Below are positions 18,492 through 27,683 of a DNA stretch of 64,000 nucleotides, one piece after another. How positions within the stretch are numbered: position 1 is the stretch's first letter; each line of letters begins with the position of its first letter. Source of the stretch: Akkermansiaceae bacterium (GTDB lineage: Bacteria > Verrucomicrobiota > Verrucomicrobiia > Verrucomicrobiales > Akkermansiaceae); NCBI GenBank assembly GCA_049596615.1, contig JBMYLT010000009.1, positions 67,768-131,767 of the forward strand. The letters are read 5' to 3'. The notes below the pieces were generated by a model. That model ran no database searches. It was not told the origin of the DNA and was given only the letters and a program-made list of their open reading frames with translations. Position numbers and translations under genes: made by a program.

Positions 18492-19781
18492 CTAGGAGAA
18501 ACTCCCCGTGCTGTTTCCAAATGACTTGGTTTCCACCCCCATCCGCTGGGCCAGATCCACGAAGAGGTTGCACAAAGGAACCTTGTTGAGGCCCTTTGAT
18601 TCCACCTTCTTGAATTCGCCATGACGGTATCCCCCGCCCGCCAAAATGATGGGGAGATCGGAATTGGTGTGGGAGTTCCCGCTTCCGATTCCGCTCCCAA
18701 AGAGAACGGAGGTCGAATCAAGTAGGGTTCCCTCGCCATCCTTCACTTGCGAAAGGCGTGTCAGGAATTTGCCGAAGTGCTCGATTTGATAGGTTTCCAG
18801 AGCGATGAGGTGGGCAATCGCATCCTCCTTGTTCCCGTGGTGGGAAAGACCATGGTAAGATTTATCGATGCCCAGATGCTGCGGCAGAAAGGATCCTCCG
18901 ATTTCCAGGGTGGCAATCCGGGTGGAGTCGGTTTGCAGGGCCAGTGCCATCAGCTCATAAAGTATGGGGAGATCATCGACTGTGTTCCGGTTGGCCGGCT
19001 TGTCAAAGGGAGCATCGGGTTTGGGATGATCAGCCCAGCGACGCCGAAGCTCAAGCCGCTTCTCCACATCACGGATCGACGTAAAGTACTCCTCCAACTT
19101 CTCCCTGTCCTCCTTGTTAACCTTACGGGAGAGCCCTCTCGCCTCTTCGTTGACGGCATCGAGAATGGACGCTTGAAGTTTGTTCTCTTTTCCTCGTTGC
19201 TTCCGTCGTTCGGGAGAATCATTGGCAAATAGGCGGTCAAACAGCTCGGCCGGGTTGGTGATGGGAGGAACGCGAATTCCAGACCGGGTCCATGAAAGCT
19301 GGCATCCGCCGTGGATTCCACCTTCGGAGCCAATCGTCAGTGAGGGAAAACGAGTTTGGTCACCCACCTTTTCAGCGAGATACTGGTCGATGGTGACATT
19401 GCCATCCTCTCGGTCGCGGGCCTCGGAGTGAAGCACCCCCGACAGGAAAGAATGAACCGCAAAGTGTCCCCCCTTCACTCCGTGATCAAGTCCACGATAG
19501 ACCGTCATCTCTTTACGAAGACCTTCGAGCGGTTTGAGCAAGGTGGTCGATTCGTAATCCTTCCCCGCCGTTTTAGGGAAGAAGCTCTTCTGCTGGTAGC
19601 CCAGCAAATTCCCCACGGCTACAAATCGTCTGGCCCCAACCCCTGCGCCCTTGGTTGCCTGAAGTGAAGCCAATGACCCGGTGGTCTTTGCCATCAGGGA
19701 GGTCAACCCAGGCAGAGTCAAGCTGGCTCCGGCCGTACGAAGAAGAAAGCGGCGGCGGTCGATTTGGGTTTTCATGGTCAT
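18492..19781 (-). CDS. DUF1552-family protein with Tat signal
   Basis: 'DRRRFLLRTAGASLTLPGL' leader. 'GHFAVHSFLSG', 'SYHGLSHHG' and 'NSHTNSDLPIILAGGG' are characteristic of DUF1552. Confidence 0.8.
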   Translation of the reverse strand: MTMKTQIDRRRFLLRTAGASLTLPGLTSLMAKTTGSLASLQATKGAGVGARRFVAVGNLLGYQQKSFFPKTAGKDYESTTLLKPLEGLRKEMTVYRGLDHGVKGGHFAVHSFLSGVLHSEARDREDGNVTIDQYLAEKVGDQTRFPSLTIGSEGGIHGGCQLSWTRSGIRVPPITNPAELFDRLFANDSPERRKQRGKENKLQASILDAVNEEARGLSRKVNKEDREKLEEYFTSIRDVEKRLELRRRWADHPKPDAPFDKPANRNTVDDLPILYELMALALQTDSTRIATLEIGGSFLPQHLGIDKSYHGLSHHGNKEDAIAHLIALETYQIEHFGKFLTRLSQVKDGEGTLLDSTSVLFGSGIGSGNSHTNSDLPIILAGGGYRHGEFKKVESKGLNKVPLCNLFVDLAQRMGVETKSFGNSTGSFS

Positions 19782-20120
19782 GAGTGATTACGAGGGGCCT
19801 GAAGAGAGGCTTTCAATTAGCCTACCTCGATCGAAGCCTAGCTACATATATAACACTGAATACGCCGGATGGCCAACGAAACGGAACGGATAAAACTCCA
19901 GAATGTCCGACATCATGCTCTCACGGGATTAGCATGGACTGTGACCTTCCTCGTGCTTCCATTTTGCGGAGAATCATCACCAGTGACCTTAGTATCCCGC
20001 TAGAAATGCCGAGGGCGACGGAAGAGGGCTCAGGAATCTGGCGCAACTGCATTGCAGATGCTCCGAGAGAACCCACGTTTTAAATGCCAAAGCGGAATTC
20101 TCTCAGGTCGAGTCATTTGA

Positions 20121-21284
20121 TTAGACTTTGAAGAACAACTTATTTCGGTAAAGGGTGCGACAAAGCCAAAGCACCATGGCCAGGCCAGCCACGGAGACCA
20201 CCAGCTTGCCCAATCCCGGAATCAGTCCATCCGCCCACTCGGCCACCGGCCCACCGAACATCCACGAAGCAATCTCGTTGAAATCCACCACCCTGGTCAG
20301 AAGATAGATCGCAATCGAATTCGTACCGACCCAAACGAACGGCATGGCCCATTTCTTCCAGGCCAGGAGGTCCACAATTCCATGGAGCACTCCCAGCAGG
20401 ACCAGGCTCCATCCTCCTGCCACAAAAACAAAACTCGAAGTCCAGATGTTCTTAATGACCGGGAACTTGATTCCCCAGAGATTTCCCAACCCAATCAGGC
20501 AGGCTCCGGAAATGATCAAAACACCACAGGTCATCCATCGCGAAGAGCGGCTACCTTTGACCAAAATCCCCGCAAAGACCCCCAGCAGGCAGGTCGCAAT
20601 CGCCGGGAAGGTCGACAGAATCCCTTCAGGATCATGAGTCAACCGCCACTTGAAAAAAGGAAGGTATTGGGAATCAAACCAGTTGGTGAGGTTCCTCCCT
20701 TCATCGTAGCTGAACCCGTCTTGTCCTGGCACAGGAACAAAGGCCAGAAGAGCCCAATACCCCGCCAGAATCCCCAAAAAAACCACCACCAATCCCCTCA
20801 CTGGCACATAGAGAAACAACAACCCGGTCACGAGATAACAAATCCCGATCCGCTGCAAGACGCCAAGCAAACGCACCCCCTGGTGAGACGCTTCATCGTA
20901 GAGTCCTTTGGAGATTCCTCCGTAATAGATGATCCCGATCAACCAAAGGATCAGACCGCGACGAACCACCCGGATGGTGGCACTCCTCCGGTCGCCCGAG
21001 CCCACATATCGCCCGAGAGAATAAACCAACGATGCCCCGACAATAAAAATGAAAGAAGGAAAGATGAGATCATAAAACCGGAACCCCTCCCACTTCACAT
21101 GCTGGAGCTGAATCGCAAGAGTCTCAATAATCACCGAATCCACCTCCTTCAATCCGGAAAAAGCCTTGGCCAAGGCCCCTCCCCCAATGATCCAGAACAT
21201 GACAAAGCCACGATAGACATCGAGAGAATCGAGGCGGGTTGGTCGAATTGGCTCAATGGGAGCTTTCTGTTCGTTAGACATCAC
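20121..21284 (-). CDS. Polytopic membrane protein of the DUF1624/DUF5009 (heparan-alpha-glucosaminide N-acetyltransferase-like) family
   Basis: N-terminal 'RLDSLDVYRGFVMFWIIGG', followed by about 10 hydrophobic segments. Confidence 0.7.
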   Translation of the reverse strand: MMSNEQKAPIEPIRPTRLDSLDVYRGFVMFWIIGGGALAKAFSGLKEVDSVIIETLAIQLQHVKWEGFRFYDLIFPSFIFIVGASLVYSLGRYVGSGDRRSATIRVVRRGLILWLIGIIYYGGISKGLYDEASHQGVRLLGVLQRIGICYLVTGLLFLYVPVRGLVVVFLGILAGYWALLAFVPVPGQDGFSYDEGRNLTNWFDSQYLPFFKWRLTHDPEGILSTFPAIATCLLGVFAGILVKGSRSSRWMTCGVLIISGACLIGLGNLWGIKFPVIKNIWTSSFVFVAGGWSLVLLGVLHGIVDLLAWKKWAMPFVWVGTNSIAIYLLTRVVDFNEIASWMFGGPVAEWADGLIPGLGKLVVSVAGLAMVLWLCRTLYRNKLFFKV

Positions 21285-21302
21285 CGGAGCTTAACCCGGC
21301 CC

Positions 21303-21593
21303 CTGTCCGCTTCTCAAACCAATAACAGCGAAGGCCGCAAGCCGGTGTATTTCGCGGTGAGTTATCGACCAAGTGAAACGATCACCTATGTCAACGGGAA
21401 GAAGATCTCACGCACCAATCAAGTCCGGGGCGACTTCAGTAATTGGGCGGTAAACCAAGGACTCATCCTCGGTGACGAATGATCGGATGGAACCCGCGAC
21501 TGGGCCGGTCAAATCCACGCCTTCGCTGTCTCCTATCGCGCTTTGTCGGCCCAGCAGATTTTGAAAAGATTCGAGTCGATTGGCGGAAATTGA
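21303..21593 (+). pseudogene. Remnant of the C-terminal part of a LamG/concanavalin-like domain gene, with an in-frame TGA
   Basis: Reads 'YFAVSYRPSETITYVNGKKISRTN...LILGDE*SDGTRDWAGQIHAFAVSYRALSAQQILKRFESIGGN*'. The in-frame TGA is at 21480-21482. There is no start codon or N-terminal body, because the upstream reading frame is antisense to the 20121..21284 gene. Confidence 0.55.
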
Positions 21594-21612
21594 CTCATAC
21601 AACCTGTCATCT

Positions 21613-22524
21613 CTAACTCCACTTGAGCAGCTTCTTCGCCGCTTCACCCACACGGGAAGCATCGGCTTCATGAAGTTGACTGAGGAGAGGCAAGGCCGGA
21701 CCAGTTTCAGCGATTCCGGCCAGCGAGACCGCTTCGTGGAGGACACGGATTGGGTTGATCTCGTTGCGCAAATCCTCGAGTGGGCTGAAAATACACCGGA
21801 TTTTTTCGGCGGTTTCAAGGTCGCCTGAGTTCAACCCCTGCAACATCTTCTGGGAAAGATCGGGTCGGACACACACACAACCGGAGGTGAAACCATTGAT
21901 CTTGAATTGCGTGAGGTGCGTGATGGCCGGTTGTTCCCCAATCCCGCTGACGATGAGCCGAGGATCAACCAGGTCGACAAGACGTGAAAGGTAATTATCA
22001 TTCGCCGGATCCTTTCGGACGATGGCATACTTAATCCACGACACGAGTCCCTCGTCGACGAGCTGCGCTACCGTTTCAGATTCGAGGTATCCCTCAAACT
22101 TGATGTAGAGCACTGCTGGTTTTCCGTGAGCCTCCACGAACTTCCGAAAGCCCGCGGCCACCCCAGCATCGGTCGTGAGACCTTGCATCGGAAGAACCAT
22201 TACAGTCGGAAAATCGAAGTCATCAAGCACGGTCGCCTGGTCCATCATGGTGCCGTAAGTCGGACCCACCGATGGCACGATGAGTGTGTCCTCCGCGCTC
22301 TCCGAGACCAGCATTCCAAGAGCTGCGGCATACTCGCTGAGAGCAATATGATAGAAGTTGGCATTGCCACCATAAAGGAGCGTCGACACCCCACCGGATT
22401 CGATATGGCGAATGATCTGCGCGTTTTCGACGGAGTTGATCTTGAGATCAGAGTCACGCGCCAGAGGTGGGACCGCGATAACAGATGAGTTGAGCTGGTC
22501 GGGAGTGACAGGTGTCGTTTGCAT
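21613..22524 (-). CDS. DapA/N-acetylneuraminate-lyase (DHDPS/NAL) family enzyme, candidate 2-keto-3-deoxy-pentonate dehydratase/aldolase
   Basis: 'VIAVPPLARDSDLKINSVENAQIIRHIESGGVSTLLYGGNANFYHI' and its length fit the DHDPS/NAL fold. It begins 11 nt downstream of the stop of an IlvD-family dehydratase gene. Confidence 0.75.
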   Translation of the reverse strand: MQTTPVTPDQLNSSVIAVPPLARDSDLKINSVENAQIIRHIESGGVSTLLYGGNANFYHIALSEYAAALGMLVSESAEDTLIVPSVGPTYGTMMDQATVLDDFDFPTVMVLPMQGLTTDAGVAAGFRKFVEAHGKPAVLYIKFEGYLESETVAQLVDEGLVSWIKYAIVRKDPANDNYLSRLVDLVDPRLIVSGIGEQPAITHLTQFKINGFTSGCVCVRPDLSQKMLQGLNSGDLETAEKIRCIFSPLEDLRNEINPIRVLHEAVSLAGIAETGPALPLLSQLHEADASRVGEAAKKLLKWS

Positions 22525-22535
22525 GATGAGAAAGC

Positions 22536-24263
22536 TTAGTGGATTCCAGGATCGGGGGTGCAGGATCCATCATTGTGGAGAAACTTGAAATCACATCCTT
22601 CGTGGGCCTGCGTGACTTGGTCTTCAAAGAGTTTTCCATAGCCACGGGAGTAGCGTTTTCCGGGCGGACTCCAAGCAGCGCGACGGCTGACCAGCTCTTC
22701 CTCGTCAACATGGAGAGTGAGGGCGCGATTGGCCACGTCGAGCTCGACGAGGTCGCCATCTTGCACTAACGCAAGGGGCCCTCCCACCGAGGCTTCGGGA
22801 GAGACATGAAGCACGCAGGTACCATACGAAGTGCCCGACATCCGAGCGTCGGAAATTCGGAGGATGTCTCGTACCCCTTGTTCGAGGAGATACTTAGGAA
22901 GAGGCAACATTCCGGACTCGGGAATCCCGGGTGCACCAATCGGCCCCGCGTTTTGCATGACGAGAACGTGATCCTTTGTGATGCCAAGCGACGGATCGTG
23001 AATACGCTTCTGCAAGTCGGGGTAGTCCTTGAAGACCACTGCGGGTCCTTTGTGTTGCAGAAGTTCCGGACTGGCGGCCACTGTTTTGATCACCGCGCTG
23101 TCGGGTGCAAGATTGCCTTTGAGAACAACCGTTCCTCCCTGCTCTGCGAGTGGTTTGTCAAACGGGAGAATGACGTCGTCGTTAAAGACCTCCGTGCCAT
23201 CGAGACATTCCCCGAGGGTTTTGCCGAAGACGGTCGGGGCATCAAGATGAAGAAGATGGCGAATTCGGTTGAGGAGAGCAGGCAAGCCGCCGGCATCGAA
23301 GAAATCCGCCATGACATACTTGCCCGACGGCTTCAGGTTGGCCAGCACCGGAGTTTTACGCGAAATCTCATCGAAGAGCTGAAGGGGAAGGTCCACCCCG
23401 GCTCGTTTTGCGAGGGCGGTGATATGAATGATGGCATTGGTCGAGCCGCCAATCGCCATGTCGGCGGTGATGGCATTTTCAAAGGACTTGCGCGTGAGGT
23501 AGCGCGAGGGTTTGAGGTCTTCCCACACCATGTCGACGATGCGAAGACCGCAGGCCGCCGCCATCCGGGAGTGCGCGGCGTGAACCGCCGGGATGGATGA
23601 CGCCCCCGGCAAGGTGAGGCCGAGAGTTTCGGTCACGGAAGTCATTGTGGAGGCCGTTCCCATTGTCATACAATGACCCGGCCCGGGCGTGATGTGATCT
23701 TCGAAGTCTTCCCAGTCCTCGCACGAGAGATTCCCGGCACCCCGCTCGGCCCAGTAACGCCAGACGTCGGTTCCGGAGGCCAGTTGTTCACCCCGCCACG
23801 AAGCCCGCATCATAGCCCCCCCGGTCATAAAAATGACGGGAAGGTCGACCATCGCGGCTCCCATGAGAAGAGCCGGGACTGTCTTGTCGCATCCGCCCAT
23901 CAAGACCGCACCATCGATGGGATGACAACGAAGCGTCTCCTCGGCCTCCATCGCGAGCATGTTGCGATAGAACATCGAGGTGGGCTTCATGAAAGTTTCG
24001 CTCAAGCCCATCACAGGCATCTCAACGGGATACCCGCCGGCCTGCCAGATCCCCCGCTTGATCTCTTCAGCCCGCTGTCGGAAATGGGCGTGGCACGGAA
24101 GGAGGTCGTTCCAGGTGTTGAGAATCGCGATGACCGGCTTGCCATGGTATTCCTCGTTGTTGATACCGAGTTGCTTGTGACGGGACCGATGTCCGAAAGA
24201 GCGAAGATCATCGGGTCCGAAAAAGCGGTGGGAGCGGAGTTGTTCGGGTTCGAGGCGGCTCAT
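22536..24263 (-). CDS. IlvD/Edd-family sugar-acid dehydratase (L-arabinonate/D-xylonate dehydratase type)
   Basis: Start set at ATG 24263 (MSRLEPEQLRSHRFFGPDDLRSFGHRSRHKQLG). 'GGCDKTVPALLMGA', 'MTMGTASTM', 'AIGGSTNAIIHITALA' and 'SDARMSGTSYGTCVLHVSPEA' are present. Confidence 0.85.
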   Translation of the reverse strand: MSRLEPEQLRSHRFFGPDDLRSFGHRSRHKQLGINNEEYHGKPVIAILNTWNDLLPCHAHFRQRAEEIKRGIWQAGGYPVEMPVMGLSETFMKPTSMFYRNMLAMEAEETLRCHPIDGAVLMGGCDKTVPALLMGAAMVDLPVIFMTGGAMMRASWRGEQLASGTDVWRYWAERGAGNLSCEDWEDFEDHITPGPGHCMTMGTASTMTSVTETLGLTLPGASSIPAVHAAHSRMAAACGLRIVDMVWEDLKPSRYLTRKSFENAITADMAIGGSTNAIIHITALAKRAGVDLPLQLFDEISRKTPVLANLKPSGKYVMADFFDAGGLPALLNRIRHLLHLDAPTVFGKTLGECLDGTEVFNDDVILPFDKPLAEQGGTVVLKGNLAPDSAVIKTVAASPELLQHKGPAVVFKDYPDLQKRIHDPSLGITKDHVLVMQNAGPIGAPGIPESGMLPLPKYLLEQGVRDILRISDARMSGTSYGTCVLHVSPEASVGGPLALVQDGDLVELDVANRALTLHVDEEELVSRRAAWSPPGKRYSRGYGKLFEDQVTQAHEGCDFKFLHNDGSCTPDPGIH

Positions 24264-24354
24264 CGTTCCCAACGAGATTGCCGGAAGAAGGCAACAAGGG
24301 AAAGGGAGGAATTTTTGAATCGCCCACGCGTGTCTGATCGGCAAGGATCTTCCG

Positions 24355-25662
24355 ATGGGCGCAATCGAAATCTGCTTATGCGGACTAGTCGTGGTGGTAG
24401 TATCGATTCTCATCTTTCGACTTCACGCCTTTCTCGGGCTGATCCTCGCGGCTTTCGTGGTAGCCACTCTCTCACCAGGAGTAGAGGCCTCAGCAATGAA
24501 CCGGGTCGCGGCTGGGTTTGGTGAAGGATGCCGCAAAGTGGGTATCCTCATTGCACTGGCAGCCATCACCGGGCAGTGCCTTCTCGCGAGTGGTGCAGCG
24601 GAACGGATCGTGCGCGGACTCCTCTCGCTCTTTGGTATCAAACGGGCACCGATAGCCTTTCTCGGCAGCGGCTTCGTTCTTGGGATTCCCGTATTCTTCG
24701 ACACCGTCTTTTACCTCATGCTTCCTCTCGTCCGGGCCTTCGCGAAGACCAACCCGAAGGTTTACCTGCTGGCTCTGCTCGCAGTGGTGGCTGGAGCAAG
24801 CATGGCTCACTCCCTGGTTCCTCCCACCCCGGGTCCACTGCTGGTGGCGGCACGACTGGAGGTCGGACTGGGGGTTCTCATTCCCGCCGGCTTATTACTC
24901 GGCCTTGTGACCATCTCCGTCGGCTACGGGTATGCCCGTTGGGCCAACAACCGATTTGAAATAACCTACCGTGAACTGGAAACGCCTGAAGTGGAGTCAA
25001 AAGAGAACGGGAAATTGCCGGCCCTCGGTTGGTCCCTCCTCCCGATCATTCTCCCACTCCTTCTGATCAGCACGGGCACCTTTGTCAAATTGCAGGGCGA
25101 GCTTCCAAACTGGTTGGCCGTTTTGAGTGACAAGAACATCGCCATGGCCTGCGGAGCAGGACTGGCCCTGCTTTTGGCTTCAAGGAGGAGCGCCGTGAAA
25201 ACAGTAATACAAGAAGCTCTCTCAAGTGGCGGGGTCATCATTCTCATCACCGCCGCCGGAGCGGCCTTCGGATCCGTCTTACAGGACACCGGGATTGGGA
25301 ACGAGCTTTCCGTAACATTTGGTGCCGGGGGGGGAATCCTCTTGCTGGCATTCGGACTGACCGCTCTCGTCCGTTTCGCCCAAGGCTCGGCGACGGTAGC
25401 GATGATCACGTCGGTCGGCATTGTGGCCCCCATGGCCCTTTCCGCCGATCTGGGATTCCACCCAGTTTACCTCGCACTGGCCATTGGTTGTGGATCCAAA
25501 CCCCTTCCCTGGATGAATGACAGCGGCTTCTGGATCATTGCCAAAATGTCGGGAATGAATGAACGTGAAACCTTGAAGACCTTCTCGGTGATGCTCTCTT
25601 TGATGGGAGTGGCCGGCTTTCTCGTCGTCTTTCTAGCGAGCTTGGTATTGCCAATGGTATAG
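24355..25662 (+). CDS. GntP-family (gluconate/sugar-acid:H+) permease
   Basis: 12-TM profile. 'GIPVFFDTVFYLMLPLVRAFAK', 'HSLVPPTPGP' and 'GSATVAMITSVGIVAP'. It is divergent from the dehydratase gene. Confidence 0.85.
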   Translation: MGAIEICLCGLVVVVVSILIFRLHAFLGLILAAFVVATLSPGVEASAMNRVAAGFGEGCRKVGILIALAAITGQCLLASGAAERIVRGLLSLFGIKRAPIAFLGSGFVLGIPVFFDTVFYLMLPLVRAFAKTNPKVYLLALLAVVAGASMAHSLVPPTPGPLLVAARLEVGLGVLIPAGLLLGLVTISVGYGYARWANNRFEITYRELETPEVESKENGKLPALGWSLLPIILPLLLISTGTFVKLQGELPNWLAVLSDKNIAMACGAGLALLLASRRSAVKTVIQEALSSGGVIILITAAGAAFGSVLQDTGIGNELSVTFGAGGGILLLAFGLTALVRFAQGSATVAMITSVGIVAPMALSADLGFHPVYLALAIGCGSKPLPWMNDSGFWIIAKMSGMNERETLKTFSVMLSLMGVAGFLVVFLASLVLPMV

Positions 25663-25730
25663 ACAGCAGGTCTAACCTCTCACAGATCACAATAAGCTCT
25701 GGCCTGAACCCGGAAAAATAGATGGGTTAG

Positions 25731-25850
25731 AGATGTAGATTTGGCGGTAGAACTAAAACGAAAAAGAAACGAAGTCGCTTTAGTGAAGAACAGAAGGTCC
25801 GCATCCTGAAGGAGCTCCGGAGCGGGAATGGTGCCGAACTCTTCACCTGA
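25731..25850 (+). mobile_element. Remnant of an IS3-family transposase orfA (HTH region only)
   Basis: An open frame with no start codon reads 'GGRTKTKKKRSRFSEEQKVRILKELRSGNGAELFT*'. This resembles the 'K(S/R)RF(S/T)EEQI..ILKE.E.G..V.ELCR' N-terminus of IS3/IS407-group OrfA. It stops after about 35 codons. Confidence 0.5.
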
Positions 25851-25862
25851 GCGTCTGGGGAG

Positions 25863-26270
25863 TTGGGAGGAGCCATTAGCAATCTTGATTGCAGAACCGA
25901 ACTTCCGGATAGCTCGCCAACAAGGTTGACCGGCTTTTCAGGTGAAATTGGCATCGTGAATATCTATGATCAGCTTCTCGATGAGACCGCGATCAGCGAA
26001 GCCTTTAACCGGGTCGCGACGATTGGACCTACCGGATTAGTGGTCATCAACATCGCGTTTGACGACGAGAATGACGAGGTCACCCTGACCTGGAATTCTT
26101 TGGACGAGAAATCGTATCTGGTGGAGTATTCGTTGAATCTGGAAGAAAGATCGTGGCTTGTCTTGGACGACATCCCTATTCCCGCCACTGATGTGGAAAC
26201 CACCCGAACTCTTGGTGTTCCTTCAAATCAAGCCAAACTCTTCTTCCTTGTCGTGATCCCGACGCCTTAA
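25863..26270 (+). pseudogene. 5'-truncated remnant of a LamG-type secreted protein (end of the LamG domain plus the C-terminal beta tail)
   Basis: 'LTGFSGEIGIVNIYDQLLDETAISEAF' is the LamG C-terminal strand motif. It is followed by the tail 'VTLTWNSLDEKSYLVEYSLNLEERSWLVL...'. There is no signal peptide or LamG body, and it abuts the IS3 remnant. Confidence 0.5.
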
Positions 26271-27523
26271 CTCACCGACTCGGAGCTGTCACCCTTGTAG
26301 CCAGATGATCCTTGGTCCAGTTTATGCGAGCGGGACGTTTTGGCCGCGGCCTTTTTCCGAGGCAATCTCCCCCGTGCGAAGGGCTTTTCAACCAAGAGAT
26401 AAACAAACCCGCAAGCAAGCACGATTACCACTGTCATCCCGGCGATGATGACGGCATTCCAGGGCCAATTGCCCTTCTGGTATCCGATCACCGACCCCAA
26501 AATATACGGACCGAAAATCGTATGGATGAAGAAGTTGTGAAACAGGTAGATCGTGTAGCACATCACTCCGGTTGAGGTGATCCAGCGGTTTCGAAAGATA
26601 ATCCGCAGGACTCTTCCGCTCACGGTGCACCAAAAGGCGAGCAAAAGAATAAACGGTCGAGGAACAATCAAGTGATGAAAGTCGAGGCAGGCGAAGACTC
26701 CAATCCAGGCTGCCACTCCGAGAAAGTCAAAACGGAATAACCCCTCTCCATCGCGGATTCCCTTCAAGGTCGGAGAAAGATAGAGGTCCGCGAGCAACAG
26801 GCCGGGCAGAAACCAATTGAGCTGACGTAGGACGGTATGGTGCCAGATGCTTTCGGTGAATCCCTCCCAACGCCCATACAGGTAATAATCGACGAGGATG
26901 ATGCCAAGAATAAGAAGAGTTCTTCGGGCAAGTTTGGGAAGCGCAAAAACCCGACAGATCAGAGGGACGAGAAAGTAAAACTGAACTTCGATCTCGAGTG
27001 TCCAGGCAACGAAAAGCAAAGGATTATGAGACCCGTCATAAATGACGCCATGTCCATAAATCAGCCCCGTCAGATAGTTCGGGAGGTAGGCCAGACCAGA
27101 ACCGTAGACAATGGCCGAAAGCAGGAAAAAGAAAGTGAGGGCCAGAAAATAAGGGAGCTCGATCCGAATTAACCTTCTTCGAAAGTACTTCCGAACAAGA
27201 GGCTTCTCTTCCCTGCACAGGTAGTGGGCCGCATAGGGCAAAGAAAGAACCAGTCCCGAGATCAGGAAAAAGATCTGAACTCCGAACCATCCCCGACTGA
27301 TCAAAAGATGAGGCATAAATGACAATGCTTCACCAGTGGGTAGCGTGATCAGCACAGGGAGAGAGGAAGGTTCCTCGCCAGAGGTGAAAAACCCATGAGT
27401 ATGAAAAGCCACTACCAAAATGACGGCCAGGCAGCGCAAACCATCGATCTCGGGAAGGTATCGCCCTGAAGAAGTTTGACGCTGAAAAGGAAGAAGAATC
27501 TTCTCGATGAACGAACCGATCAT
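26267..27523 (-). CDS. Acyltransferase family 3 (membrane O-acyltransferase)
   Basis: 'YLPEIDGLRCLAVILVVAFH', followed by about 10 TM segments. Confidence 0.85.
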   Translation of the reverse strand: MIGSFIEKILLPFQRQTSSGRYLPEIDGLRCLAVILVVAFHTHGFFTSGEEPSSLPVLITLPTGEALSFMPHLLISRGWFGVQIFFLISGLVLSLPYAAHYLCREEKPLVRKYFRRRLIRIELPYFLALTFFFLLSAIVYGSGLAYLPNYLTGLIYGHGVIYDGSHNPLLFVAWTLEIEVQFYFLVPLICRVFALPKLARRTLLILGIILVDYYLYGRWEGFTESIWHHTVLRQLNWFLPGLLLADLYLSPTLKGIRDGEGLFRFDFLGVAAWIGVFACLDFHHLIVPRPFILLLAFWCTVSGRVLRIIFRNRWITSTGVMCYTIYLFHNFFIHTIFGPYILGSVIGYQKGNWPWNAVIIAGMTVVIVLACGFVYLLVEKPFARGRLPRKKAAAKTSRSHKLDQGSSGYKGDSSESVS

Positions 27524-27683
27524 AAAGGCGTGAAGCTCCTAGCGTTTTCATCCCCGATTGCAGAGCGAAATAATTTCATGGTCCTGACCAGCATCCGCTT
27601 GTGGGGCTTCCGGCTCACCTCACAGTGCCTACGTGGTTTTGGCGGACAGATTTACTGGACCAAAAAAAAGGTCATTGCCACCT

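Noticed and set aside
20382-21482. A 366-aa plus-strand ORF covering the whole HGSNAT-like gene in antisense.
   Set aside because: Its translation is low-complexity (Pro/Arg/Gln/Asn-rich) with no motifs. The minus-strand frame gives a coherent polytopic membrane protein. Only the last ~60 codons, outside the overlap, are meaningful, and they are reported as the LamG remnant.
21480-21482. The in-frame TGA in the LamG remnant as a possible selenocysteine or readthrough site.
   Set aside because: The fragment has no start codon or N-terminal domain, and no SECIS-like hairpin is evident immediately downstream. A second decayed LamG copy also exists nearby. Pseudogenisation is the simpler explanation.
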